Shown here piece by piece: positions 33,271-44,604 of a stretch of DNA of 64,000 bases. The stretch's first letter is position 1. Every line of letters starts with the position of its first letter. The stretch covers positions 1-64,000 of the forward strand of contig JAADVB010000074.1 of the NCBI GenBank assembly GCA_023334545.1. The letters are read 5' to 3'. A program made the translations under genes and the position numbers. The notes under the pieces are model-generated. The model saw only the letters and a program-made list of their open reading frames with translations, did no database searches and had not been told where the DNA came from. Source of the DNA: Salisapilia sapeloensis CBS 127946. Lineage: Eukaryota > Protista > Oomycota.

Positions 33271-34476
33271 ATGTCATTTCCCAAGATCAAGTTGACCTAC
33301 TTTAATGCCACTGGACGCGCGGAATCAATTCGACTTGCTCTTCATGTCGCTGATATTCCTTTTGCGGATAGTCGTATAAGTATTGAAGATTTCACTGCGC
33401 TCAAAGACAGACTTCCGTGTGGACAGCTACCTGCCCTGGAAGTCGATGGTGAAGTGTACACGAAGTCAATAGCTCAATTGAAGTTCATTGGACGAATCGG
33501 AGGCCTGTATCCTCTTAATGATCCAGAGGCTGCTGCACGCGCCACGGAGATTCTCGCTGTAGTAAATGAGTTAATTGAGGTATTCCTACCGCTATGCATA
33601 GAAAAGGATCTGGAGAAGAAGAAAGACGTCGCAGGAGCATATCTGGAGGATATTATGCCAAGAAGATTGTCTCAATTGGATGCACGCCTGAAGGAAATGC
33701 ATCAACTTCCACTCTTTAGCTCCGGACAGATATTCGTGCATGACCTACATTTGTATGCCTTTATGAATTGTATTAAGTCTGCTGCATTGCCCAATGTGAC
33801 GGCTACTATTTTCGACGGATACGAGAGCACTCGACATGCTTATAGCAAAGTTTCTACACATCCCAAGGTAGTCCAATGGGACTCGATGAAGCACGAAACA
33901 ACTCCGACTCTGAAGCTTACTTACTTTGACTTTGCTGGTCGAGCTGAAAGCACCCGGCTTGCGTTTGCTATTGGTGGCATCGCTTTCGAAGACCATCGCA
34001 TTTCGGATGCAGAGTTTGCAGAGCTAAAAGACAGGCTACCGTACGGTCAACTGCCCGTGCTGGAAGTGGATGGTAAAGTGTTCACTCAATCCATGGCTGT
34101 GTTGGATTTCGCTGGAAAGCTGTCTGGACTGTATCCTGAAAACGACCCGATCCTCCAGATGCGAGTGGATGAAGTACTCATGCTCCGTGAGAATTTTATG
34201 TCTGACGCAGGGGGCAAGAAGCTACCATACTTGGACACAGCGAAGAAGAGATTGGTGCAACTGGATGCTCGTATTGGTCATTGGAACGGTACGTATGCTG
34301 TAGGAAATACGTTGACCACCGCGGACTTGACGGTCTTCAGCCTTATCAAGCACATTACGTCTGACAGATACCCAGACGTCCCGAAGGATATACACCACAG
34401 CTACAAGAATATTGTGCAAGTATGTAAGCAAGTGGAGGAGCATCCCAATGTTGTCGAGTGGTACCAGAAGCAGTAA
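33271..34476 (+). CDS. Tandem two-domain glutathione S-transferase (sigma-like GST-GST)
   Basis: Two full GST units: KLTYFNATGRAESIRL...LPCGQLPALEVDG and KLTYFDFAGRAESTRL...LPYGQLPVLEVDG...QSMA...GLYP, each ending HP.VV.W. Confidence 0.92.
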   Translation: MSFPKIKLTYFNATGRAESIRLALHVADIPFADSRISIEDFTALKDRLPCGQLPALEVDGEVYTKSIAQLKFIGRIGGLYPLNDPEAAARATEILAVVNELIEVFLPLCIEKDLEKKKDVAGAYLEDIMPRRLSQLDARLKEMHQLPLFSSGQIFVHDLHLYAFMNCIKSAALPNVTATIFDGYESTRHAYSKVSTHPKVVQWDSMKHETTPTLKLTYFDFAGRAESTRLAFAIGGIAFEDHRISDAEFAELKDRLPYGQLPVLEVDGKVFTQSMAVLDFAGKLSGLYPENDPILQMRVDEVLMLRENFMSDAGGKKLPYLDTAKKRLVQLDARIGHWNGTYAVGNTLTTADLTVFSLIKHITSDRYPDVPKDIHHSYKNIVQVCKQVEEHPNVVEWYQKQ

Positions 34477-34648
34477 GACCGTCGGTTCCCGTCTTGCTTA
34501 ATGCTAAGTACTCTCACTCATTTAGTATGGATGCTGGACGAGGTGAAAAGGGAATAAAACTTAACTTTATATAATCCATGCACAAAGGCTATTATTAGAC
34601 GGCTTCAAACTTAAATGAATGGAGTGCTTTACTTCTTCTTGGTGATCC

Positions 34649-36121
34649 TTATTGGAAACACTCCGCTAAACTTCGCATGGACTCATCCGTTGGAATTTGA
34701 CCGATTCCTTCCGTGACTTGTACGATCGTGTCAAAGACAGCCTTCCCTTTATCCTCTTCCATCTTGTACATATACCCATAGTGCATCGTTTCCAGCGTAC
34801 TAGTGTAAAAGTTACTCAAGCCTTCAACGCAATTGGATGTATTGACGAAGTGCATCGCCTGGACATGCATCTCTTTGTCGTTCGATAAGGAATAGACGGT
34901 CGGATGTGCGTAGCGACCCATGTTGGACAGACCGACGTCACTGAGGTAACTGCCTTTGACATGTAAGTCTTCAAAAAACTTGTTCGTCTGTCGATTATGC
35001 ATGAACATGTCGCAGAAGATGTATTCGAAAGGAGCGGATACTTTCTCGAGGTACTGCATATGCTCACGCTTACATCGTCGAGCAACGTCCCAGAAGCGCT
35101 CTTTGTCCATGTTTACACCTTCTTCACTCAAAGACTCCAGTACGCCAACGATAACTCTGAAACCTAAGTCGGTCTGGTCGAGTGGCTCAGGCAGTCGTGG
35201 TCGCATGTTTATCGCAGATCCAAGAGATATCTTAAAGTTATGTTTCTGATTGTCTTTCGCGTCTCGATGGTTGTAGTAAGCGACTATTAACGCTGCCATC
35301 ATAGCAGCACCCATAGTGACTTTCTCCCGCTTGCATGCAGCGATTGCTTTATCCTTATTCTCCTTTGTACCGGAAGCAAATAGGAAATATGTATAGTTGG
35401 AGGGTAGAGGCAGGCCTTTAAAGTCTTCCAAATCGGACTGTGGTGTAATGACGGGTGTATACTTCTTTATGGACGACTTATATGCCGCCTTGCCAGAGAT
35501 TCGAATGATGAGCTTTTTGAAAAAGGTGCGAACGCGGTGTTGTCGTAGCCATAGTTCATAAAGACTTGGCTGGAGTGGAAGTGTGACGACTTTGGGAATC
35601 GTATCACCTAGGTCTCTTGCAGATATGTGGCTGAGTATGTTGTCTACAATGGTCATACCAGACGTTCCATCGGACATGTAGTGGTCGGAAAAGAGCATCA
35701 AGCGGACAACCTCGTGTTTACGATTCACCCACACGTCAAACTTGTATGGAAACTGTGTAAAACGGTCGAAAGGTTTGTTTGCTTCTCTTTCAGCATGCTT
35801 CTCCCATCCGTGGAGAATGTCGTCGTGGGTAACGTCTAGTACACCTAACAATGACTTTTTGTAAATGGCTTTCAACGCAATATGAGGAGCAATCTGGGCA
35901 GTGGCGAACACATCCTTCCTTTGTAAGGCTCGCATACGTGGGAAGCGATTGTATGTGTTTGCCAAAGCCTCCGGAAGATGCTGGAGGAATGGTTCGATGG
36001 GGGTTTGAATCAATAGTGAGTGTACAATCACATCGCTCTTGGTTGGATCCATTGACATCGGTCGTTCATATCCACGCAAACTCACTTGGGAGGTGGTGTT
36101 TGTCCACTTTGTTTTTGCCAT
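34649..36121 (-). CDS. CoA-dependent acyltransferase (alcohol acetyltransferase / condensation-domain / PapA5-like)
   Basis: ~490 aa single exon with HxxxDG motif (FSDHYMSDGTSG), VTMGAAMMAAL, AINMRPRL and SNMGRY, typical of the AATase/condensation fold. Confidence 0.78.
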   Translation of the reverse strand: MAKTKWTNTTSQVSLRGYERPMSMDPTKSDVIVHSLLIQTPIEPFLQHLPEALANTYNRFPRMRALQRKDVFATAQIAPHIALKAIYKKSLLGVLDVTHDDILHGWEKHAEREANKPFDRFTQFPYKFDVWVNRKHEVVRLMLFSDHYMSDGTSGMTIVDNILSHISARDLGDTIPKVVTLPLQPSLYELWLRQHRVRTFFKKLIIRISGKAAYKSSIKKYTPVITPQSDLEDFKGLPLPSNYTYFLFASGTKENKDKAIAACKREKVTMGAAMMAALIVAYYNHRDAKDNQKHNFKISLGSAINMRPRLPEPLDQTDLGFRVIVGVLESLSEEGVNMDKERFWDVARRCKREHMQYLEKVSAPFEYIFCDMFMHNRQTNKFFEDLHVKGSYLSDVGLSNMGRYAHPTVYSLSNDKEMHVQAMHFVNTSNCVEGLSNFYTSTLETMHYGYMYKMEEDKGKAVFDTIVQVTEGIGQIPTDESMRSLAECFQ

Positions 36122-38046
36122 GATCACTCGAAGCCACTAATGCCAAGTTATTGTTCTGTCTCTAGATGGGAATAGAGATAAAGTATCGTAGCCGAGTGAT
36201 AGGCGTCGTCAGTTGTGCAAAAGTGATCGGAAACACTGGACTGCCCGGAGATAAAATCGAAAATGATCTATTCGACGAGGAACTCTTGCAGTAGTATCTG
36301 TGTGCGTCATACAGGTTATGTCTCATGCAAATTTCGAATCCATTATTCGACGATCTAGGCGTATAGGCGTACTGGATGCATTTCAACTAAACAATATGAG
36401 TCCAAAATCTAGAAGCATTAAATAGTAAATAAGTAGTTGGACCTTGCTGTCAAGTGATACTCATGGTAGTGCTCCTGTTTCTATCATATGTCCAAAGACT
36501 TATGGCCACCATTGTAGCAGACCAGATAATGGTTTACGCTTTCGGATGCACTGCTGACTCATCCAATAGGAGCCATTTAATATCGCAACTTTTATTAAAG
36601 ATACATATTTGCTAGTGCGGCATTCACCTACTCGGATCTCCCATGTATCTTTAGAAACTGGCATATGGGAGGCCCATGTACACGAACACCGATCTTTTAA
36701 AATTCGATAGCTATAGACAACTTCGTTCTTTGTGCGAGTATCAACACATTCAACTGACTAAAGCTTAATTGCGTGTCTATAGATGAATAGGAAAGCAACA
36801 TTCTGTACTCGTGCCTCGTGTTGCTAATGGGCTCCTACCACAGGTTAGTCGTAAGACATCTCTGTAATTAACGCCGCGCGAAGCAGCGGCGTTGGGTGTA
36901 GTTAGCCGACATGACTTTTTTAAATAAATAGTGTTGCTGTAGTTTACCAATCACTTCAGATGGAAAAGTACAAGCTTCCATGCTCCACGTTGCTGCTCAA
37001 TCTGACAGTTTTCGTCGATGTATGCATACAGTTTAAAGACTGATTAGCATAAAAAGTAAACCAGTAGATCAATCTCGTAGTTAGTGAAAGACAGCAGCAA
37101 CCCGGATCGAAATCTATACCCAAATTACCGGTAACATAGCTCTATCGGATCCAAAGCAACCGAAAGCTCGCGCTCACTCAGAGCACACTATGTGACTTAA
37201 ATTGAGTCGAACCACCAAGAATGCTTTAAGTAACAACTTGTAGCTTATAATACGCGAAGTTTGTCCAGAAAACACGCGGCAATTCCGAGCGTGGACATTG
37301 CTTCGTGCTCCCGCTTTGCCGTTCACTATCTAAGAGGTTGGTCCATAAGTTCTAGTAGATGCGCTGATCATGTTTGAAGCTAGGTGTAGATTGGCATCAT
37401 ATTGCCAGCTATATTTCCTTATGTAGCCTTGTTTAGCTGCTCACATTCGGTGAATACTCGCTGAATTCTCTATCATTGGAACCTCTATTTCCAAAGTGTA
37501 GAAAGGAAACGACATTGAAGTAGATTGGCACGTGTTCACGTCTGCATCCCGTAGGCACACATGTCGACTCTTCGAATGCATGGAAGCGTTCTTTTAGCGT
37601 AGATACTGCAAAAGACAACCGAGGATTCCCGCTAACCAGATCGCAGGATATAGTAGAAGCGTGCACAACTTGCAGAGTCGTGTCGGGATTTAATTATTAG
37701 AAAACAGTAGTTGGGAAAATGATGTCTTGACAAACGCTACTAGACTGTGTGGTTGAAGATGGCAGTTCAATCAGCACAAGAGATATGGCTCTTGATATCC
37801 GAGGCATATTTTGTAAAGGGAATCGTCCTGCTTATTCCTCTCAAGCTTTTATTTCATTTTATTCCAATGGGTAGTCAGATCCGATATGGCGATTATTGAT
37901 GAATGCAATGTCTTTATATGGCTCCGAGCACCAAATACAGTCACTATCTGATTCTTGACGAGTATCATTGAAGGCGTTTGTTCAGCGATTGGTTGCTGTC
38001 AACACGCTAGAGTGCGTTCAGCTTTCACTCCTTGTCTAAATCCTTT

Positions 38047-38062
38047 GCTCATTCTTCGATTT
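38047..38062 (+). promoter_or_regulatory. Inr+FPR core promoter of the carboxylesterase
   Basis: GCTCATTCTTCGATTT, one mismatch from the consensus, ~30 nt upstream of ATG 38094. Confidence 0.65.
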
Positions 38063-38093
38063 GCTCCCAAGTTCCCAGGACTTCATTTTAATC

Positions 38094-39761
38094 ATGAAGT
38101 TCCTATCATCTACAATCGTAAGCGCGTTGCTGAGCTCACTTGTCTCTTCTGAAGAGGCTCCAACAGTGACGCTCGCGAACGGCACGTACTATGGTGTCCA
38201 TCAACCAACGTACGACCAAGACTTGTTCCTTGGGATGCCATTCGCACAACCTCCTGTAGGTGAGCTGCGTTTCCGAAACCCAGCATCGCTAAACGAAACT
38301 TGGTCCGATCCTAAAAATGCTACTGAATACTCTCCCGAGTGTTACGGCTACGGAAGCGACCAATGGGTACTTGGAAACATCGTGTCAGAAGATTGCTTGA
38401 CACTGAACGTTGTTCGACCAAGTGGCATAGAGGCCGATGCCAACCTTCCAGTTGCTGTTTGGATTCATGGAGGTGGGTTCGTCATGGGCGGATCGATGGA
38501 TCCTAGATATAATATGTCTTACATGGTCGACCAGTCTGTACAAATGGACAAACCGATGATCGGTGTGAGCATCAACTACCGACTACAAGCCTTTGGCTAC
38601 ATGTGGGGAAGCGAAGTGGAGAAGGCTGGCGTTGGTAATTTGGCGCTCAAGGACCAGCGCCTCGCACTGCACTGGGTTCACGAAAACATCGCATCCTTTG
38701 GTGGCGATCCGAGCAAAGTGACGATCTTTGGCGAAAGTGCTGGCGGATTTAGTGTCACGTATCAGCTACTTGCCTATGGTGGGCGTGATGACAACCTCTT
38801 CCGTGCTGCTATCATGCAATCCGGAACTGCAGCTAGCCCTAAGTCTGCCTACATGGAAGCTTCCGAGTGGGATGTGTACTTTAACAGGATTGCAGATGCC
38901 GCTGATTGTGGTTCGGCAGATGACGCACTTGATTGCCTTCGACAAGTGCCAATTGACGCTCTGAACGACATTTTTAACAGCTCTGTTACCGCTGGTGCCC
39001 AATTTGGTGCTCAGATCGATAATGACTTTGTACCAGGCGCTAGCCTTGACCTCCTAGACAACGGTCAGTTTGTACATGTGCCAATTCTGCACGGCGCAAA
39101 CCATGATGAGGGCACTTCATTTGGAAGCTGGGGTGTCAACACAGATGAAGAGTTTGCCGCTTATCTCATGGCATCTGGAAACAGCGCGGAGCAAACTGCC
39201 GTTCTGACTGAGCTGTATCCTGACATTCCTGAAATTGGCATTCCAGGAACACTGGACGGACGGCCAGTGGGAGCATTCCCTGGTAAAATGTACAAGCGAG
39301 CCTGTGCATACGGTGGTGACAAATCGATGCATGGCCCTCGCCGATACATTGCCAAGACTTGGGCTGCAAACAATGTGACTAACTACAACTACGTCTGGAA
39401 TGTTCTAGTGAATAACGTTGGCGCGTACTACGGTGCTGGTCACTTCCAAGAAGTGGCCTTTGTCTTCTACAACATTGATGGCGTCGGGTACCAGAATGCT
39501 GTGGCCAAAAATCCGTTCGAAGGCATGCCAGACACGTATGAGCAGCTCGCTCGCATGATGTCTCGCATGTGGATCAGTTTCTTCACGGATATGACGCCTA
39601 ACAACAACGGCGTGTCAGCTGTGGAGTGGCCGGAGTACACGACAGATGATCCACAGATCATCTTCTTCGACACCAATGTGACTGGATTGGCCTATGCGGA
39701 GGATGACATCTATCGCGCTGAGGCTATTGACTACATCTTTGACACTCTGCATGAGGTATAA
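38094..39761 (+). CDS. Secreted type-B carboxylesterase/lipase (COesterase family), intronless
   Basis: Signal peptide MKFLSSTIVSALLSSLVSS; FLGMPFAQPP, SEDCLTLNV, WIHGGGF, GGDPSKVTIFGESAG (nucleophile Ser), GANHDEG (Glu), AGHFQEV (His). Confidence 0.95.
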   Translation: MKFLSSTIVSALLSSLVSSEEAPTVTLANGTYYGVHQPTYDQDLFLGMPFAQPPVGELRFRNPASLNETWSDPKNATEYSPECYGYGSDQWVLGNIVSEDCLTLNVVRPSGIEADANLPVAVWIHGGGFVMGGSMDPRYNMSYMVDQSVQMDKPMIGVSINYRLQAFGYMWGSEVEKAGVGNLALKDQRLALHWVHENIASFGGDPSKVTIFGESAGGFSVTYQLLAYGGRDDNLFRAAIMQSGTAASPKSAYMEASEWDVYFNRIADAADCGSADDALDCLRQVPIDALNDIFNSSVTAGAQFGAQIDNDFVPGASLDLLDNGQFVHVPILHGANHDEGTSFGSWGVNTDEEFAAYLMASGNSAEQTAVLTELYPDIPEIGIPGTLDGRPVGAFPGKMYKRACAYGGDKSMHGPRRYIAKTWAANNVTNYNYVWNVLVNNVGAYYGAGHFQEVAFVFYNIDGVGYQNAVAKNPFEGMPDTYEQLARMMSRMWISFFTDMTPNNNGVSAVEWPEYTTDDPQIIFFDTNVTGLAYAEDDIYRAEAIDYIFDTLHEV

Positions 39762-41256
39762 CGGCTATTGAGTGCGACTTTGTTCCAGCAAAATAGCTAG
39801 CTCGACCTAAGATGAAATCAAATATGACGTTTCGTTCATCTTTATTATCAAAAAGCTTCCTGTGAGTAGTACTTGTAAGTAAAATACTATCTCAAAACAC
39901 ATCGAATAATAAACTGAAAACCTTGGTCTGTCGACTGGACTCCAAGTGGCAAGGACACTGCAATTAAGCCAACTGCACACTGTTGATAAGAGTGCGTTCA
40001 CCCCCGCCAGCATAGACGTGGGGTAGTACTAAAGGCTACGTACCTCAAGCAGTCATTTTACTACTGTAGGACACTAGCTGCACAAGTGCTTGAGCTCTTC
40101 CAAAGGCATCGTCTTCGTGCCTTTAGTAAAATGGCGGATCATGCAGCCAAGGTCACTATGGACACTGTAAAAGGGTTCCAAGCGCTCGCTACAGCCTCAG
40201 AACCTAAATTTGCTGCCATTTAGACCTTACTTACGGATGACGGAATATAGTGATACCAAGACGGCCCCTTGGGTCTACCTGAGCCCATTCAGTCTACTTA
40301 GCTCGACCCTCTCCTGTTTGCCGGATGATGTCTGCTTACTTTCCAGTCACTTAGCGACTATTAACATTCACTTGGCTAGAATCCTAAATCAACAGCTATG
40401 TAATTGACCGTTTCGGATGGAATTTTTTACCTAGCTCATAGTAACTTTTAAATGAAATCCAAGACCAACGCGCGGATTTTTCATGTTGTCTCAACCGACA
40501 GAATCTACGCTCCGCCCTTGAGCGCCTGACTAGATGGTGCCTTCTGTGCTGTACAAAAATCTTCTTCTGATAAAGAAACTGGGATCCGCTTCCATTTTCC
40601 ATATTTATCTCTCCCGGTCATTGTTATCCTCCGTCTCTCCCGATCACTGACATACATGTCTTTCTAGGTTCTTGTAGTCTTATCACGCGGTGAAACTCCA
40701 TCCTTTCACGCTTTATGCTTTATAAGACATTTACGCGATCTCAGGTCAAACACTATCAGGATATTTATATCAACTGAATGTTGGCTTTCGACGAAAAGTT
40801 TCTAGTATCACATAGATCCTACTCTTCCCAGTACTTGTTCTTCTTTGCGCTTGCGGACGATTGTGTTTGTAGGGGGTATTCTCATCGTCCATCTCGAGCA
40901 ACATGCAAACCAACAAAATCGACTGAGCCTTAAGTTTTCAATATTGCATCCTTTGAGCAGGATTTTGACCGTGTGCGGATTCTAAGGCTGGACCCTCTCA
41001 TGGTTCATGTACTCTCTTTGCAAAACACCCGTTTAAGTTATCAGTCGAAGGATTCTGGACCGGAGCGAAATAACGTTTAAAGACGTATATGTCCTATTTC
41101 AACTTCATGCTTCGCTGGTGCCTACAAATCAGACACATGCTTTCGTATAACTAATAATTTGACGTTGGTGGCCACTACAGCATTTGCAGCCAGCAGCGCA
41201 CGCGTGCTTGACTCATTTGCATCTCTCGCTCTCGACGCTTTCGTCTTGGCAGCACC

Positions 41257-42706
41257 ATGAATCGCTTATCATGGTCAATTTTTGCAACTGTATTGGCATT
41301 GCTGACCATCCAGTCAGCTGTAGCTTTTGAGGAAGCCACAGAAGCAGTGGAAGCAGCGGCATTTGATGGCGTCGGCGTGGATCCAGATGCTGGGCTTACG
41401 GTGATCCAGACCGTTGAGAGACGAGGATACGCAGTTGAAGAGCACAAGGTTACCACGTTGGATGGATATATCCTTACCATGTATCGCCTTCCCAAGTCAT
41501 ACAGCGAGACGCAAAGCAATTCCGAGCCGGCACCGAACAAGCCTGCTGTGTACCTCATACACGGGCTGTTGGACAGTAGCTACACGTATGTGCTAAACTA
41601 CAGGGATCAGAGTCTTGCTTACATCCTTGCTGATGAAGGATACGATGTCTGGCTTGGTAATAACCGTGGCACGACGTGGTCTCGTGGGCACACGAAATAT
41701 ACGGACGACGACGATGAGTTCTGGGACTTTTCATGGGAAGATATGGCGCTCTACGATATGCCGTCCATGCTCCAGTACGTCCTTGAGCAAACGGGAAGAG
41801 AGACATTGTCGTACATTGGTCATTCCGAGGGCACGGTACAAGCCTTTGCTGGGTTTAGTAGAAACCAGGAGATTGCTAAGAAGGTGACTTACTTTGGTGC
41901 GCTCGCACCAGTGGCTAAAGTTGGGCACATTACTTCTCCTGTATTCAAAGCTCTGGCCGAGACGTACTTGGACAAGCTGTTCGATCTGCTCGGTGTGAAA
42001 GAGTTCTTTTCACACACTGCTTTGATCCAGGACTTGCTGGGCAAATATGGTTGTGCGTTCGTCGATGTTGCTTGCGATAGTGTAATCAACATCCTCACAG
42101 GTACATGAATGACCATGGACTACGGTTTCAGCCCAAGTTACCATCAGTCTCTAACAGTCACCTTTTAAAATTCTATAGGTATCTCCGACAACATGAACCA
42201 GAGCAGGATCCATGTGTACATCGGTCAAACTCCTGCCGGAACCAGTGTCAAGAATATGGGGTGAGCTTCGATTGCATACAATTTTTATACGATCATTGCA
42301 GCTCTGACCGGCTCCTCTTTCTTACAGTCATTTCGCTCAAGGCATTCGTGACAACACCTTCCGCATGTACGACTATGGCTGCTCATGCTTCAGTTGGCTT
42401 CCAGACTCACTCTGCTTGGATTCCTTGTGCGAAAACAAAAAGGTGTATGGTACAGCAGAACCGCCTGCTTTTGACCTGTCGAATATGGTGTATCCTCGCG
42501 TTAGCTTCTTCACGGGCTCCAACGATTGGATAGCAACAGCGGCTGATACCGATCAACTGCGTGCTGGCCTTCCGTCTGGCACGATTGTCGCTGAGCAGCA
42601 ATCAGATTACAATCATCTTGACTTTACCTGGGCAATCAACGCGAAGGAGACGATCTATGACGACCTGTTGAAAGAGATGGCGTCGTATGAAGGAATCGGC
42701 TATTGA
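41257..42706 (+). CDS. Secreted acid lipase (gastric/lysosomal lipase family), 3 exons
   Basis: Signal peptide; VTTLDGYILTMYRLP, HGLLDSS, GYDVWLGNNRG, GHSEG, AGTSVKNM, YNHLDFTW. Confidence 0.95.
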
Positions 42707-43166
42707 TTGAGCACTGCTCAATCGTTTTGACCTCGTAACGCTTGATGGACAGTGTGTGTAGCTAACGAACAAGTCAACGCTTTCAAGCACATTTGAACCA
42801 CTTTGCTCTTACTCGGTGTCTACGTTTTTGTAAAAGATGCCCATTTAGTCTAGCAAGCCATGACAAAAGGATACTTTCTGTCACCATGCGAACTTACCGC
42901 TCGCTTGAATTTCTTTATCGAGCGTGCATTGTCTACGACAGGCACTTGGAATTATATAGTTACATATATAATTTCAATATCTGAGCATGATGTGAATGCC
43001 ACAGTAATTGCAGACAAGCTGATGTCAGATTATTGTTGGTTGATGGGCAAGGCGAAAAAGCATGACACCTTTTGTAACTGTCAAAAGCACGTACACATGC
43101 AACGAAGGATATGAAAACAACTCGAGCAGTTGACTTTTCTTCAAATTTACTCCTACAGCCACCCAC

Positions 43167-44519
43167 CTAGTACCCTTTACCATTGTACTGATCCAAGTCG
43201 TTCAACAGGTCTGCATACACTGTGTTCTTGAGTTGATACGCCCATGTAAAGTCAACATGATTGATGTCGTACGGTAGGTCCGTGACGATCGTGTCGGCTG
43301 GAATTCTCGTACGCATCCAGTACAGATCGATTTCTGACGCAAACCAATCTTGCTTACCAGTAAACCACCCCATGCGAGGGTACACCATACCTGCAAGGTC
43401 ATAATCCGGAGGCGTGAAATCCCCGTATGCCAACTTATTTCTGCATAAAGCACTGGGGCAGAGTCCAAAAGGTAACCACGTTAGGCAGTTGCACCCGTAG
43501 TCGTATTTCTTGAATGTATTCTTACGAATACTTTGGGCATAATGGATCATGTTCTTGACGCTAGTTCCAGCAGGCATTTGAGTCTAAGACGAGTATTATA
43601 TACCATTCAGTCGAGTATTTCATACAGACACTATCGAAAGGTTTACCATGTAGACGTGGATTCTGCTCTGGTTCATGTTGTCGGATGGTCCGCCGAGTAA
43701 GTTGAGCAGACTGTCACAAGCAAAATCTTGCCAAGCACATCCATACTTTAGGATGAATTCATTTACAAACGTTGTATGCGGTGAAAACTCATCGAAGCCC
43801 AATACTTGGAACAGTTCGTCCGCATTGAGCTCCGCTAGCGCTACAAAGACAGGCGACTTTGAGTGCCCGATGTTGCCTATTGGTGCTAGTGATCCGAAGT
43901 AGCTTACTCGCTGTGCCAATGTTTGGTTCTCTGAAAACGCTACAAATGCTTGGGTAGTGCCTTCGCTATGGCCGACCCAGCTGAGCATCGACTGGCCTGA
44001 TTGAGCAAGAGCGTAGTCGATGAATGCAGGCACATCGTAGACACCCATTTCATTCCAGCTAAAGTTCCAATATGCGTCTGAATCTATACTCAGAGTCGCA
44101 TGTTCCTTGGACCAAGTCGTTCCGCGGTTGTTACCGAGCCACACATCATATCCAGCGTCAGCAAGAATATAAGCGAGACTCTGGTCACGATAGTTGCAAA
44201 CAAACGTGTAGCTGCTATCCAGCAATCCGTGCTGTAAAATCACTACTGGCTTGCCAGTTGCGGGTTCAGAGTTGGATTGGGACTCTGCGTATGTCTTCGG
44301 AAGACGATACATGGTCAGAATGTAGCCATCACTTGTGGTAACCTTGTGCTCTTCGATTTCATAGCCTCTTGCCTCGACCATCTCGATGACATTCTTGCCA
44401 GCATCGGGGTCAATGTCGTCAAAAATGGTGAAGACTTGGCGCGTCAAATTTTGGTCGAGTGCCGACACGGATGTCGCTAGCGCGATAATAAGCACTAAGA
44501 GTTGCTGGATGAACGGCAT
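43167..44519 (-). CDS. Secreted acid lipase paralog, 2 exons, convergent with the first
   Basis: Signal peptide; VTTSDGYILTMYRLP, QHGLLDSS, GYDVWLGNNRG, GHSEG, PAGTSVKNMIHYAQ, NHVDFTW. Confidence 0.95.
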
Positions 44520-44587
44520 GTTTGGCGTAAAGTGTAGCCTTTGCGTTCAAAACCTTTTGGAATATGAAGCCAACCGTTCGTGAGGAG

Positions 44588-44604
44588 CAAATACGAAAAT
44601 GAGT
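44588..44604 (-). promoter_or_regulatory. Inr+FPR core promoter of lipase 2
   Basis: Minus strand ACTCATTTTCGTATTTG ~70 nt upstream of ATG 44519. Confidence 0.5.

Noticed and set aside
36860-36910. Integron attC-like or rho-independent terminator reading of the hairpin
   Set aside because: Eukaryotic context with no integrase or cassette array; kept only as a possible Helitron-like end.
37433-37666. 77-aa minus-strand ORF in the island gap (also 36162-36386 and 40396-40602)
   Set aside because: No recognisable domain; lengths are within chance expectation.
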